This document shows, in pieces, positions 40,867-53,422 of a stretch of DNA of 64,000 nt. The translations under genes were made by a program, and so were the position numbers. Source of the stretch: Podospora anserina (taxonomy: Eukaryota); NCBI GenBank assembly GCA_017654855.1, contig CM030335.1, forward strand, positions 2,790,001-2,854,000, written 5' to 3'. A model generated the notes under the pieces. The model did not search any database. It was not told the DNA's origin and saw only the letters and a program-made list of their open reading frames with translations. Positions within the stretch are counted from its first letter, which is position 1, and the number at the start of each line of letters is the position of its first letter.

Positions 40867-41832
40867 ATGAACCCTTACTCGTGGCCTATGACCTCGGCCT
40901 CGGGCCAGGAAACTTGGCATGGAGCTCATAATGGTATACCTTTACCAGCACATGGTGTCCTCCTCATCATCGCCGGAAATCCCCAGTCTGTCCGCATAAT
41001 TGCGTACATCGACGAGAACATCGAGTTTTCCGTCATCAAAACTAGCGTCGCCCAGCGATTGGGAACGATTGTACACCCAGTTCCTCAGCAATACAGCATC
41101 ATGATTCCGCGAGTTGGTCTTGTTACGCCGGAAGAATGGGTGACCATCACATGCGACATCCCGGAGATCGGGGTTGAAAGGAAGACGGTCAATGTGCAAA
41201 TGGCAGAATGGAATGATCCTTTGGTTCACATGTTCATTGGCCGCCGTTTCCTCAGCCAACTGCTCACTGTGAGCCCAGAAGCCACCAACTACCGCACCCC
41301 GCCATGTTCGCAATCTCATGTGGCTGCTCCATCTGCAGCTGCTGAACAGCCGGCACCACAGCTGTTCCTCAATGGAGCCGCAGCCGTTGAAAGTCCCGGA
41401 TCTGTGATAGTTCAACATGGCAACAACACGCCACCCATGGGATTCGTCACCAGCTTCCTTGGAGCTTCCTCCACTCACCAACTTCAAGTCCCGAATTCGC
41501 ATTCTCCCTTTTCCATTACGCACAGCACTGCCGACTTTAATAGCTCTTCTAGCTGGGCCCCGATTTCAGCTCCAAGCAACATATTCTCACTCAACACGTT
41601 TCCCACCTCATCAGTAACCAGCGGTGAGCCGGCAAACTACAGCCTTGAAGACAACAACACAACTGCTTTAACCCAAAACGGAGGCGATGCGACATCCTTT
41701 CACTTTGATGCTAATTACGACTGCGATGCTGATCACGATTACGATGCTGATTACGACTACGATATGCTCAACGCTCAGGCTCAAGCTGAGGACGAGCTAT
41801 TCGAGGGACAAGGCGATGACTGGACATTCTGA
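40867..41832 (+). CDS. Orphan B1: degenerate retropepsin-like domain, S/P-rich linker and acidic tail
   Basis: Pattern IIAYIDENIEFSVIKTSVAQRLG...GLVTPEEWVTI...MFIGRRFL. ATG in a GCCATG context. Confidence 0.7.
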   Translation: MNPYSWPMTSASGQETWHGAHNGIPLPAHGVLLIIAGNPQSVRIIAYIDENIEFSVIKTSVAQRLGTIVHPVPQQYSIMIPRVGLVTPEEWVTITCDIPEIGVERKTVNVQMAEWNDPLVHMFIGRRFLSQLLTVSPEATNYRTPPCSQSHVAAPSAAAEQPAPQLFLNGAAAVESPGSVIVQHGNNTPPMGFVTSFLGASSTHQLQVPNSHSPFSITHSTADFNSSSSWAPISAPSNIFSLNTFPTSSVTSGEPANYSLEDNNTTALTQNGGDATSFHFDANYDCDADHDYDADYDYDMLNAQAQAEDELFEGQGDDWTF

Positions 41833-43274
41833 GGTCTGGTGCGAGACTCGGCACAATGTAGTAACTGACTACTATGAGCCGAGAAAAGTAGGTAAGTGAC
41901 TAGCGCCGGGATTTTCTGTTTGCCTCTTTCCTTTAAGCAAATCGAGAGAAGAGAGTGGGACTTGTTCGGTATCTCGTTGAGAATCATACAATCTTTTCTG
42001 GGGAAACCATGTTGGCCTAAGGGTAACTATGTGCCATGGAGAAGTGCATATTGATGGAGTTCCCAAACCGGCGGGGACTTTTACAACGATACCTCAGTCA
42101 TGATGTCTATGTAATTATTTTACTCGAGTAATATGTAGACTTTAGATAAGGTACCTATTAGCTGCTGGACCTTGTGAGTCCATCTCATGCTGAATCGAGA
42201 ATTACCTTCAGTCAGAGCAACGTTATACGTCTGTGCGCGGCAAAACATATGACAGTACAGAAGGCACGGCGAATATAGGGCGCATAGCATTCGCTCACAA
42301 ACGCGCCAGGTTTCCAGGTTTGAACCGCAAAAGGACCCCACTGCTTCATAGGTATCTATTGCACTTAGAATGAGCCAGTAAATCTAACACGGTACCCTTT
42401 GCTGCAATAACCCGATAAAAAAGCACCAAACTCTAGGTACCTAGTAGAAATGCTATGACTGTTTCTTGTATATGTTACACTGTCAGAAGCTCGTCAAGAA
42501 TCGGCCCCCCTGTCTTCAAAGCTTGAGCCCCTCTCGACCTGGAAAACTGGCAAGAGGAAAATAATGCACCGCAACGACTGACAGCTCTCTCGTATCAAAA
42601 TGCTTTTTCTTGCAGTATTTAGCCTGATCAAACTATAGACTGTGTGCCTTCTTCCAAAGCATCAACTGTTACTCTAATGAATCATGATTGGATGCTGCCA
42701 GGGGGTGGTGGAACACATGGTCCATGCCTTCGTCGTTTGCGTTGCTCGGACTACCAGCGCAGGGCTCCACTTCTCAGGGGGTTCCTTTTTGAAGATAGAC
42801 GGTCAAAATTCTTGTTATGCAGCGAATCAGGACGACTGAGTGCTTCCATTGAGCAGTGCTGAGCCTATCAGGTAGTCAGTTTAAGAATGCAGTGTAATGA
42901 TTTGTTAGGTGGCTTGCCTGTTGCGTTACAGCGTCTGCCAATTGCTTTGAGGGTGTGTTTACATTAGAGTTTTCGTTGATATACGGTAGTTGTGGTGCAA
43001 TTACTGTATTCTTGTGTTGCTTAAACTTTGATACGTGCACCACGGTGTTGGTGTTAACAGGTATGCGAGAGGTTGAAGGACAGTGAAGTGTTATGCGGTC
43101 AAGAATTGGAGGCTTTGCAAGAGTCGGGATGCTATAGCACTGTAACTTCATTTATCAGTTGTATCTATGTGTCTAAGAACTTGTTGGTACTACCTTGTGT
43201 ACTATTCGCGTAGTTATGATTGTTGTCCTGTGGTGGGTGATGTTCAAGAGCGCCGAGTGTGGTTTCTCAAAGGT

Positions 43275-43988
43275 TTAATCGAACCAAGTCGGGCAGACAA
43301 TTTCTCTTCCATTCTTCTCTTTGTGAACGAACCTCTGGCGCTGCTCATCCCATGTCCAGAACTCATATTCTGTTGGCATATTGGTTGTTAGCTCCTCGCT
43401 AACTGTGTTCCCGGCATCGGTGCGCTGGTCCAAGTGGTCCTCAGGGGCAAAAGTCTGCAAGGTGTCCGCTGTTGTAATATTGCATTGTTTGTCGAGATCC
43501 TTGGCAAGTGATGTAAATGCGGCCTCGGCTGCGGTATGTCCATCTCCATCTCTCAGTGTAGCTGTGATGGTGTTCGTCTGGTCCGTGGCAGATCTTGACC
43601 TGATGCTATCGGTTGATCCGGGGTCCGAAAAAGCCAAAAGCAGTTTCGAAGGGTCAACCAAATCCTCCCATGTTGTTCGGGGGATGGAATGGTTTGTTTG
43701 TTCGCTGGATCCGGCGTTGCAATTACCGCAGCGGTCCCAGGCCAGCAGTTCCTTTAGCGCATTGTTGTGGTCCAACTGTATTCCAGAGCCTGTGAGCAGA
43801 GGTTAGCCAGGAGAAGTGCAATGAGTTACATTGTAGAATGAAATCATCCTACAGCAATTGGGAGCATCATGCCGAAGCTTTGTCGAGTTGTACTGCGATA
43901 AATCACCACCACCATATCCAAAAAGAGTTTCGACATGAAAAGAGCGAGAAGAGCGCTGTAGGTTCATACCTCCTAAGGAACAGAACAT
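43275..43988 (-). CDS. Orphan A2, paralog of A1; 2 exons (start uncertain, 43988 or 43967)
   Basis: Intron 43852-43790 (GTAGGA...GCTAAC...CACAG) joins ORF 43803-43988 to ORF 43275-43775 in frame. Ends EFWTWDEQRQRFVHKEKNGREIVCPTWFD. Confidence 0.65.
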
Positions 43989-45197
43989 CCTAACCTTCTA
44001 GATAGAGGAAAAGGAGCTACCAGGCGTATCTGATAAACGAACGGAAGCTGGTGAGGTAGTTGAAGAGGTTGTATTGTTGACTTGAGACTAGCTTGACCTC
44101 AACGAAATGACTGTCGTGCAAAGAAAAAGAGAGCTAATGCCACGAGTTCTTCGAGGACGTAGCACATTTATACATAGAAATCATGGAATATTTTCAACAA
44201 GCTCGATCGCTTTCTTTGCCCTAAATCAGCATACAAAAGGGGGTGGTGCGTGTTTCGGTGAGGTGAACGCCTATTTCTGAGTAATGTTAAGAATCCAGCT
44301 AGAAATTACAAAGAACAGGTCACTGATGGCATGCAAATAAGTCATAGAATCAGCATAAGCGACCGACTCCGACGCCATTGTTCCGGACAAGAAAACTGTG
44401 TTCTTCTGATTAGCGGGCAGGAACAGACCTGATCGACAACTGCTTCCAACCACCCCCCAAGAGGGTAAGGAGGTCCAGGCTGTGGCTCGAACAGACATCA
44501 GTTGTCTGCCCGTCAAGAAAGCCTTCCTGTATGCCGTGGCATAAAAGGCGGATATGTTCGCCCTACATAGAAATTGGAAAAGCAGAAAGGTTGAATCCAG
44601 GCGGTGGATAGACCTAGGATCCCTATAAACTCCCCAGTCGGCTTATGGCGCAGCGAGACTTCCACTTGATACAGTGATGTTACGTGGCGAAAGCTCATTA
44701 ATCGGTCAATCTTGTGGCTTTCACTTGGCCCTTGAGCTTTGCCAAGCAGGTGAAGGTAAGGGTGCTAGTACGAGAGAGCCTCCGGCTACACTGTGGCTCA
44801 GACGAGAAAAAAGTCTGTCACAAAATCTTCTACCAGGTAGAGGCATCCAAATTCCAAAGTCGGCGGGCCGGGAGTCTTCCGGTGCCCAATCGAAAGCAAG
44901 TTTCTCCACCGTAACTTTTACAGAGAGGCTCCTCGCCAGTCTCCCGACATCTATCCCTGTTGTGTCAGTCAGACAGTCGCACCGAAATGACAAGATGAAA
45001 GACCATTTCGCGTGGAATAATAATGCCATGAACTTGTACAAAAATGAGGTTCACGCACTTCACTCCGAAGTGACGGCTTCACGAACCATCATATATCGAT
45101 CCCACCTCTCTTCCTCTTGTTCTCAGCGAGCAAGACCTCTCAAACTGCGGCAGTACAATCTCACAACATCTCTGCGACAGTGAGCTCGAGAAACAAA

Positions 45198-46148
45198 ATG
45201 GATTACCGACTTTCTGGACAATCAGAACAACATGACCCAGGCGAAGGCCCAAGCAACTGGAACACAACTCGCCCCCGTGCTCCGAGCATGCCTGCTGGAG
45301 CCCATGGCTCATACGTTGGCCAGAGTTTCAACACTGTCAACACACAATCCAGGGGTTTGCCTCAACTCACCCTCACTCCTGCCCCCGCGATTCCTCCCGG
45401 TTACAATATCGGCACTCTCGCACCTGGCACCGACCTCACTATGTATCGGCAGCAAACATGGTGGGCCCCTGGCGGCTTCCCACCTTCTCCGCCGGGAAAG
45501 GGCGCCACAGCGCTTACAGGCCCCAATTCTTCCAGTGTTACCCAACCCGCAGCAAGTGTGCCCAATGAACTCAAGGTTCAAGTCAAGGGGAAGTGGTTCG
45601 TTGCTCTTGTTTCTCCCGGACAGCATTCCATCATGGACTATGACTTCGCAAAATACTTTCTCGAGCTGGAAGGACTGCCACTTCCGCCTAGGAAGCTGAA
45701 GGAGATCTCGACTTTGACGGATGGCTACACCTCAGGCCCGGAGGAATTCGCAGAGTTTACTATACACATACCTGAGTTAAACCTGGAAAGCTGGAAGATG
45801 GCAGTTGCCCTTCTCCCTCGCACCGCAAGGAACAGACCAGCCCCGATACTCTTGGGCCAAAGATTCTTCGAGCGGATCGCCAAAGATCGCAACCAGATCA
45901 GCCACAGACCCGACGATATCCAGTTGCCACGGGAGGTCGCGTCAACCCCAGCGATCGATTCAACAAACCGCACCGCACCGCATGCCATGCATCCTGCAAC
46001 AATAATTGGCGGACATGCTTCCACAGCGCTCAGAAGAAGAGCCTCTTTTGCAGGCTTCAACGACAACACTGTCAATCCGCATGATTTATTTCATCATCCT
46101 CTGGACAGCTATTTTGGTGGTGCGCCTCCCGAAGGTGGCTTTTCTTAG
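45198..46148 (+). CDS. Orphan B2: degenerate retropepsin-like domain
   Basis: VQVKGKWFVALVSPGQHSIMDYDFAK...GPEEFAEFTIHIPELNL...PILLGQRFF. PEEF..IPEL corresponds to PEEW..IPEI in B1. ATG in an AAAATG context. Confidence 0.7.
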   Translation: MDYRLSGQSEQHDPGEGPSNWNTTRPRAPSMPAGAHGSYVGQSFNTVNTQSRGLPQLTLTPAPAIPPGYNIGTLAPGTDLTMYRQQTWWAPGGFPPSPPGKGATALTGPNSSSVTQPAASVPNELKVQVKGKWFVALVSPGQHSIMDYDFAKYFLELEGLPLPPRKLKEISTLTDGYTSGPEEFAEFTIHIPELNLESWKMAVALLPRTARNRPAPILLGQRFFERIAKDRNQISHRPDDIQLPREVASTPAIDSTNRTAPHAMHPATIIGGHASTALRRRASFAGFNDNTVNPHDLFHHPLDSYFGGAPPEGGFS

Positions 46149-46371
46149 CGGTAGGGTCAATGGTGCTGGCGCTAGCTAGGGCGTCAAAGGTCTAAAGCCG
46201 TGGACGGAGCAACGGGGTTTCTTTTTGGCTTCTTTTTTTCCCCCTAGCTTGCTTTTATCTGCTTTTCATGCACTCACCGAGGAGCAAACTTGACAACAGT
46301 CTCGAAACGTCCGACAGGGCCTTGTGGTTTGGTATAGAATCCAAAGCGTACCAGCCTCCTGCTTTCTTTGG

Positions 46372-46444
46372 CTTTGTTGCTTTTGTTGCTTTTGTTGCTT
46401 TTGTTGCTTTTGTTGCTTTTGTTGCTTTTGTTGCTTTTGTTGCT
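46372..46444. repeat. Tandem repeat (TTTTGTTGC)x~8, of which 7 copies are perfect
   Basis: Directly visible 9-bp tandem repeat downstream of B2. Confidence 0.95.
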
Positions 46445-49044
46445 ACCTACCCATATTGGTACTACATTATTATATCTCGGTCATTTATCTGCGAGAACTG
46501 GGGCCAAACGAGATGCTAATGACTGAGTCTTGTCCCGGGCGATGATTATGAACTATTTTTGGAGGGAAGTCCCATATGTATTTTCAGCGTTGATAGTTAC
46601 CCATTTCATACAGCACTACCTCAAGTTCAGACCTACAGCTGATGGATGGGCATGCCCAGACACACAACCGCCCCATCAACCACGAGTTCGACAGGGCCAA
46701 CATATTCAATAAGTCGCATGACCAAGTGACAGCACATCATGGTGGTTGAAGTTTTGTGATCAATGCTGCTTACTAAGAACTTCGCAATCCAGTCCTGATA
46801 TGGACAATCGTCTGACACCCTCACACTGTTGCTTTGGAGTTGAAGGTAATCGAATCTAACAATCTTATCTCTGGGGACAGATCTCGTTCCGTCCTGACTC
46901 AAATGCTCCTACCAGGAATACACTACCAACCACACCTTGGAGATTCACCGAAAACTTCCGTGGATGAAGATCTGCACTATTCCCACCCTACCTACCCTTA
47001 GTGTGGTTGTGCTCTCAGGTGCCGGGTGCAGTACCAGCGTCGGGTCATCCCCTTGACAAGCCTATTTCCTCTCGGGCAAAGCCAACCACGCCAACCTCTC
47101 CAGCTACAACTAAAGGTTCCAAGGTTTCGAGATTCCATGGAAACAGAATCGGGAAATGCGGTGCCGGCATTTTGTTGAGTACGAGCTCATCGGCTTTTGG
47201 GGATGAAAAGGTTGGGGGGACCTTGATAAGTAGGTACATGTACTTACTGTTGACGCCGCCAAGATGTGGGCGACAACTGACGCACAGGAGAGACCCAGCT
47301 AGATTGCTTAGCAGCCTGACAAAATGCGACCCCAATTATCCGCGCGTGTGCCTGTCTCAACCTGGGTGAGCATGAGAGGATACGCCATTCCACTAAACTT
47401 GCTAGATCCAAACTTTTTGCAGAGAGGGGAAGCTGGGAAAGCATCCCAGACTCACTTCTCCGGTTTTACTTCGCATGTCAAAGCCGCTATGACGGCAGTC
47501 AGCCGGTGTCCAGCCATCCAGATCACCGGGCCCAACCGGGCAACTCCCGCGCTGCGGAAGTTTCCTTCTTAGGTACACCTCTGCCACGGTTATTTATGTT
47601 AGCGTGACAGGGGTCTTTTGGTGGAATTTGCCCTGGCCGCACTAACATTTATTTCCCCTGCGGAGATGTACTCTTCCCACTCTGCCATATCCGTGGTTCC
47701 GTGGTGGCTACCGGCTCGAGAGTCCTCGTCAGCTGAGGATCTGACCCGCTGAGACTGAGGGACCGACCGCTCTGATCAGATGCCGCTTCTTAATCAAAAC
47801 AAAGACATTCACCATGTTTCACATCTGGCTATAAACACGAGGTCCTGACAAAGGAACAACTGCAGAACCCGGACTAGACATCTGCGCGCTCAGACCCCAC
47901 GACAGCCACGATCGCCCTGGCGGATCAGCTCCAAGAAACATCACGCTAGCAACGGGACTGCGGGCTATTCAACGGGCGATATAGGGCCAGCTGTGGCTCT
48001 TCAGGAAAAGCAAAGAACGCCCAAGAATTCATCACCGTTAGACGCCTTGTTTGTGGTGGAGAGGGCTCTGTCTCACCTTCTTTTGACCACCAACAGACAT
48101 GTGGTGGGTTGGTCTAGCAGAGAAAGGGGAAGAAACTGTCAGCTGATTCGAGAGAAAAACATCTTTAGTGTCCAACAGGGCTTGCTATGCTGGGCGAGAG
48201 TATGTACTTGCCTCCGAACGGTGGTGGCTTCCAGATTCGCGCAATTACCTGCATGAGATGATATCCGAACAGGGGGTTTGACGCAAGAGCGCCCGATGAC
48301 GAAGTAACTAGATCGGCTTTCCTGCCCCCCAGCCGGACGCACTCAGCTGTCAGACTCTAATCGCATCCCCTTGCCCTGGTGGCTGTCCGTTGACAAGATA
48401 GGTATCTATACCACCCAGAAGCCTCAGGTTTTGACTACCCAAGTGACTTACCGCATCCAGTCCACAAAGACCTTTCTATGAAGTTTCTCAACAATTTTGA
48501 AAGCTCCCCTGCTTCCTGCTCCAGTCGTCCATGGCAACAGGCATACTGGCCAGATAATAAGATACCAACAAACCGTAAATCAGCTAGGTAGGCGTCTTGA
48601 AACTCGCCACTGGGAATTCTTCACCGCCAATCTCTCATTTGAGCCGCATATAATTCCGGGTCATCGAGTTCGCGGCCCACGCACCAGGCGCGCGGACGCC
48701 TCGCTCGTTTCAAACATTCGTATGCATTACCGAGACGCAAGTAACATTATCATTTGGAACTAAAAGAGTCATGGATTTCCGGAACGGTGAGACGAGCGGC
48801 AAGCAAGTGATTGACAACATCGTTTTTAGCCCCCTCTGTTTATTTTGGGACAGGTGAATCCGGAGACGTCTCCGGATCTACAAAATTGAGATGAGACACG
48901 TCCCCGGATGATACGGGGAAGACAGTTGAAGGAAGCAAGAGCCAAGCCAAATAAAAACGGAGCAAAAAGCCAACCCAACAGACACACAGCTTGTCGAATC
49001 CGATATTATTAGAGAGACAACTCCTCTCACAATCAACCCCTTTT

Positions 49045-49695
49045 TCAGATAAACGACTCCTCGACTGGAGCCCAAATCCTTGCACCAGGTTCTCCTGATG
49101 TCTTATCCTCTCTCCAATGGCGCTCCACTTCACGATCCCACTGCCACTCGCCTAGTTTCCTGCGCTTGCCATGTTTTCCGGTGCTGTTGGCGCTGGCGAA
49201 GGGTGCGAGAAAAGAGATGAAGACCTTTGGGTCACCAGTGGCGATATATTCGTCGATAAGTTTGCGCTTTTTTGCTGCTTCCTCTTCGAGAAGGGCTTGC
49301 TTCCTCTGGCGGATCGTGCTTAGGTCCTTGGAATTGGTACCGTTAGCAGCCGGAGTAGATGGTTTCACCGTCTTTGTGACAGGAACCTTTGTGTGTTGAT
49401 GGGCGAGTTTGTTTCGAGCGGTAGTCGATCGTGTTTGGGACCTACTGACTGCTGCTTCAACGGCCCCTTTGCCCCTTTTCGGCACTCTCTTATGGTCCCT
49501 CTGTGGTCTTGTCCGGTAGGAATGCTTGCTTTTGGTGCCCAGTTCCGCTGGTTCCGATTGCGATAGGGCGTCTACATCCGTGGGGGGTTGAGCGCTGACC
49601 GAGTGAGATTCCGCGGTTAGATGGTTGCCTTGTTTTTCGCCACTCGAGTCGCTATCCGGCCGTGCTCCTGGCAGGCGTGAGTTCGCATGTCTCAT
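49045..49695 (-). CDS. Orphan A3: basic low-complexity region, TGD helix motif and WQWD C-terminal motif (5' end uncertain)
   Basis: KKRKLIDEYIATGDPKVFISFL, then GEWQWDREVERHWREDKTSGEPGARIWAP. First ATG at 49695; the frame is open back to 49842. Confidence 0.6.
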   Translation of the reverse strand: MRHANSRLPGARPDSDSSGEKQGNHLTAESHSVSAQPPTDVDALSQSEPAELGTKSKHSYRTRPQRDHKRVPKRGKGAVEAAVSRSQTRSTTARNKLAHQHTKVPVTKTVKPSTPAANGTNSKDLSTIRQRKQALLEEEAAKKRKLIDEYIATGDPKVFISFLAPFASANSTGKHGKRRKLGEWQWDREVERHWREDKTSGEPGARIWAPVEESFI

Positions 49696-52130
49696 GGCGC
49701 CGTGTGCCGGATCTGCTGGAGGTGCGCAAACAATGGGTCCCCCAATGGCAACGATATGAGGCGAATTAAGCAAAGGTTTCTTTTCCTGGGTCAATTTGCC
49801 TCCCTTTTGAAAGAACTGGGAGCGGAACCGGGTGTAGCAACACTACCCGGGACGGCCGACAATATAAGAGCAGGACGACCGCTCCGATATAAGGAAAATT
49901 AGAAAAGATCTGTGCAGTTTTGCGGCCGTCTAGGGAGTTTCAGATATGCCTGGCTTTATGAGATGAACCAATCGAGCGACTTGTAGTAAGAGTGATGCGA
50001 AGATGCAGATTGCGGCTGGGTGGAGCCTCGTCGAGACCCTTTGGTCTTCAAAGAAACACTGAACTGGCCGGACGAGAGAAGTGTTGATGAAGCCCAACTT
50101 AACCGTCTTGATTAGCTTTGTTTACTAGAGCACGACGCAAAACTCACCTTGGTTCACAGCTCTTCAGCCGTAAGTATCCGAATTGGTTGAGCAACGGTTG
50201 TAGGGCAATGAGGAGGGTTTGACCTCTTGATCACCATGATAATCGTTTCTACGCCGAGGCATTGCGAACGACCAAGGTGGGAACTGAGTCGGAAGCGACC
50301 ATGAGCGCGACGCAGTTGTGCCGAAATGCCCTCTTCCCCGCAGTTGAATGTGGCCGGCCCTATACGAAACAATAAATCAGCCCCCATTGCTTGAGATGGT
50401 GGGCAAGCGGGGTATCAGCGGTGGTTTACCTGCCCCCGGTCACTCTTTTGATGATCGTTGCCCAGCGCTGAACTAACTACACGGAGTAGGTAGCAGCCAA
50501 CATCTCAGCTCCAGCAGAGCCGGGCGTAGGTGAGAACAACAAAAAGGAGTGAGGTCGTGCTTGCCACAAAAGGCTGCTCAAGTCAATCCCGCATGGTGAC
50601 CAGGTGCCCCAGCCCGCCTTAGCTGCCCCGTTAATTAACCCTCAAAAGGTGGGTTGTGCCACAATGTTGCGGACGGGAGGGAAGGCGGTGTTTTTGGGGC
50701 AGCAAGCGCTAGCCACCTTACCTCGTAGATGGGGAGCGGGCAAAGAAACTTTCCACCTTCATCCACATGTTCCTCCTCTCTCGCCTCTTTGCGGTATCAA
50801 CAACAAGATGGTCACCAAGGATCCTCCCATAATGGGCCACGTCATCTTACCAATATACATTGAATTGGAATTCCCACCAGACACCGACCGACGGTGAAGA
50901 GATGCTGCCATCGCCTGAGCTGGTTGGGCAACACACCCCATATCGCCCGTCTTGGAGTGGGCATACCCCTCATGCCTGAGTTGCCAACACACACCTCTTG
51001 GTTACACTTCCCGTCAGTCTTCCTGTTCATACCAAAAAGCTTGGTACATAGTGGAGACAATTCCCTCACGGTGACCAATACTATCGCTTGGTCGGTGAGT
51101 ATCAGTGGTGGAAGCATGCCGTCGCTGACCAGAACAGGGGCATACCGATGCCGCCAGCCTCGAATAACCTCAACATAGCCTCGCCCCTGGCAATGGACGA
51201 CCCAGTTTGCCCGTGGGAAAACCTCGCCTGCCACAGTTCCCCCCTGTTCTTCTGATCCACCTTTGAAGAACGGAATCTTAGTATCTTACCCAGCCGAAGC
51301 ACTCAGGTAAATGAGGGTTTGTTATGGGACTCTGTGTCCCCCCCTGGATTTGGTCTGGCTCCTTTGGTCCCCCATTCCCCATCTTTATCATCCCCCGCCT
51401 ATTCAGCTTTCGCCTGAGCCTGTTGCTGTCGCCACTGTGTGAGGCATCGTAGCGGCACCTCCCTTCTTGACGCCCTTCATTCTTCTTCCCGCTCTCCTTC
51501 CCACTCTCTTTATCGACACTCCGCGTGCTCAGCGTTATTGCACCGACTCATTGCTTCTTCGTGCGTCCTTCCACCAGTTTGGGATATCCATAGCTTTCGC
51601 CAACATCCATTCGAAATTCCCCTGGGATCCCCGCAACCACACTGCCCTCTTGTCCACATACTTTCCGCGCTGTGCAGCGGTTGTGTGGCATTGTTTTCCC
51701 ATTGCCACTTTGGGAACTTGGAAGAGAAATTCCCACTCAGCGGTGCTCAACCAAGGTAGGCACCGCAAAGGACGGAAGCTCAAAAAAGGAAGACACTCAC
51801 GAAATCCGAGCTCTGGTTCTCACCTTCTTCTTGGACACCTACCTTACCTTATTAAGAGTGAAGTCCTTCTTGACTCAATCCATCGCCATCACCGGTAAGA
51901 CTTCCCGCGAGCCGTTGTAAGAGCTTTCAGCTGATCAGAATACAGAAACCACATCCAAACAACTCGGCTTGGAGAACCCAATCCCAACTAGGAGTATCAG
52001 CTTCCGTTGTTCTCCCAGTGACGGACTGTCGTCACCTACTTTGATCCCTAGCCAAAAGCACAACCATCAGTTTGCGCAGCCTTCAACATCCCGATCCTCT
52101 CCACCTCGCAACACGTACCGCTCAAGAGCC

Positions 52131-53422
52131 ATGCCCGCTCACCATGTGTCTCGAAACAAAAACGGCCTGGCCATGGTCAGGGAAGCTCAGAACCCACAAA
52201 CGACCACCAGTGTCCCGACAGACTCGAGGTTTCCCATTCCTCCTGGTGCTGCTGAGCGACCGGTAAGAAAACGGCGTCGCTCTTCAGGCTTAAGCGCCGT
52301 GCAGCCAGAGAATGCTTCCAGGGCAATCAACCTCCACGAGGCACCTCCCATCGAAACACGACCGAGAGTTGAGACATTTGTGCCAATTTCGTCAGAAATA
52401 AACTCTGAAAGACGCGTTTCTAGAGGCAGTTGGAGTCGGCGGAGGCTCCTTCAGGAGGTCAGAGAGGCGGTCTCATTTTTGTCAGCATCAGGAGAAAAGT
52501 TCGCAATCGGCGTGATAGTCAGGAGAGATCTTCGGCAATCCTTTGTATCTGAGTCGGCTGTTAGCTTCTTGGGGTTTAGACCAATGAACCTACCTGTACC
52601 ACGGCGTCCCTTGCTCAGCATTTCATCGGGGCAAATCCGACCAGAACGATATGTTCGAGCCGTCGTCGAGCAAGTCGAGATTAGCAATGGCGGTCGGGTG
52701 AGATTACAAACAGGTGATATGCTGGTGGTCGACGACCGACAATTCCCTCCTGGTGTTCATGCTATTCTGTGTGGGAACTTTTTCCATCGAGACGAGGCAG
52801 GGCATTCTTCCTCAATTGCCGCCAACCAGAGTACTTACTCGCAACGACAACCACATCGGACTTCATACCAGAATTCGGCTCAATCGAGCACAGCGAGAAG
52901 CGAGTTCACGAGTGACTCGAGTCTCTTTACGGTGCCAACATTAATAAACAACTTGGTCTTTGATGATGATGCGGGTAAGTGGTTTTTTCTTCTTCTGCCG
53001 AAATGGGTTGGGGTCTGGGTCAGGGGACTTATAAAGGGCAATTGCGGTTCGGTGCTCGGTCCGCACCACTGTGTCCTTTAAGGCCCGGCCCGACGATCTA
53101 CACCCGACAAGTTTCAGATGGCGTAAAGCCTGGTTCTAACATACATCGACCAGGAATCCCACCCAACTATGCACCATACAACGGCCACCACCAGCAAACT
53201 GGGATCCCAACATTGATCCATCCCAACGCAGGCCAAGGTTACATGACAGCTGCAATCCCGCCTCTAAATACTGGTCAATTTATGCAACCACCTTTATGGA
53301 ATCAGAACATGGTCATGGACAACTTTCCGCCATTGGGTAACCAAAATTTCAAGATGCCAGGTCCAGCACCCCCTCCCAACGGGGCATACGGCCCTGATGG
53401 GGGTCAGCATGGCCAGCATTGA
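52131..53422 (+). CDS. Orphan B3: degenerate retropepsin-like domain and P/Q/G/N-rich tail; 2 exons
   Basis: FAIGVIVRRDLRQSFVSESAVSFLG...SGQIRPERYV...VHAILCGNFF. Phase-1 intron 52975-53036 (GTAAGT...AAG) joins ORF 52979-53422. Confidence 0.65.

Noticed and set aside
46268-46545. ORFs with (FVA)n or (CCF)n repeats
   Set aside because: These are translations of the 9-bp tandem repeat, not credible proteins.
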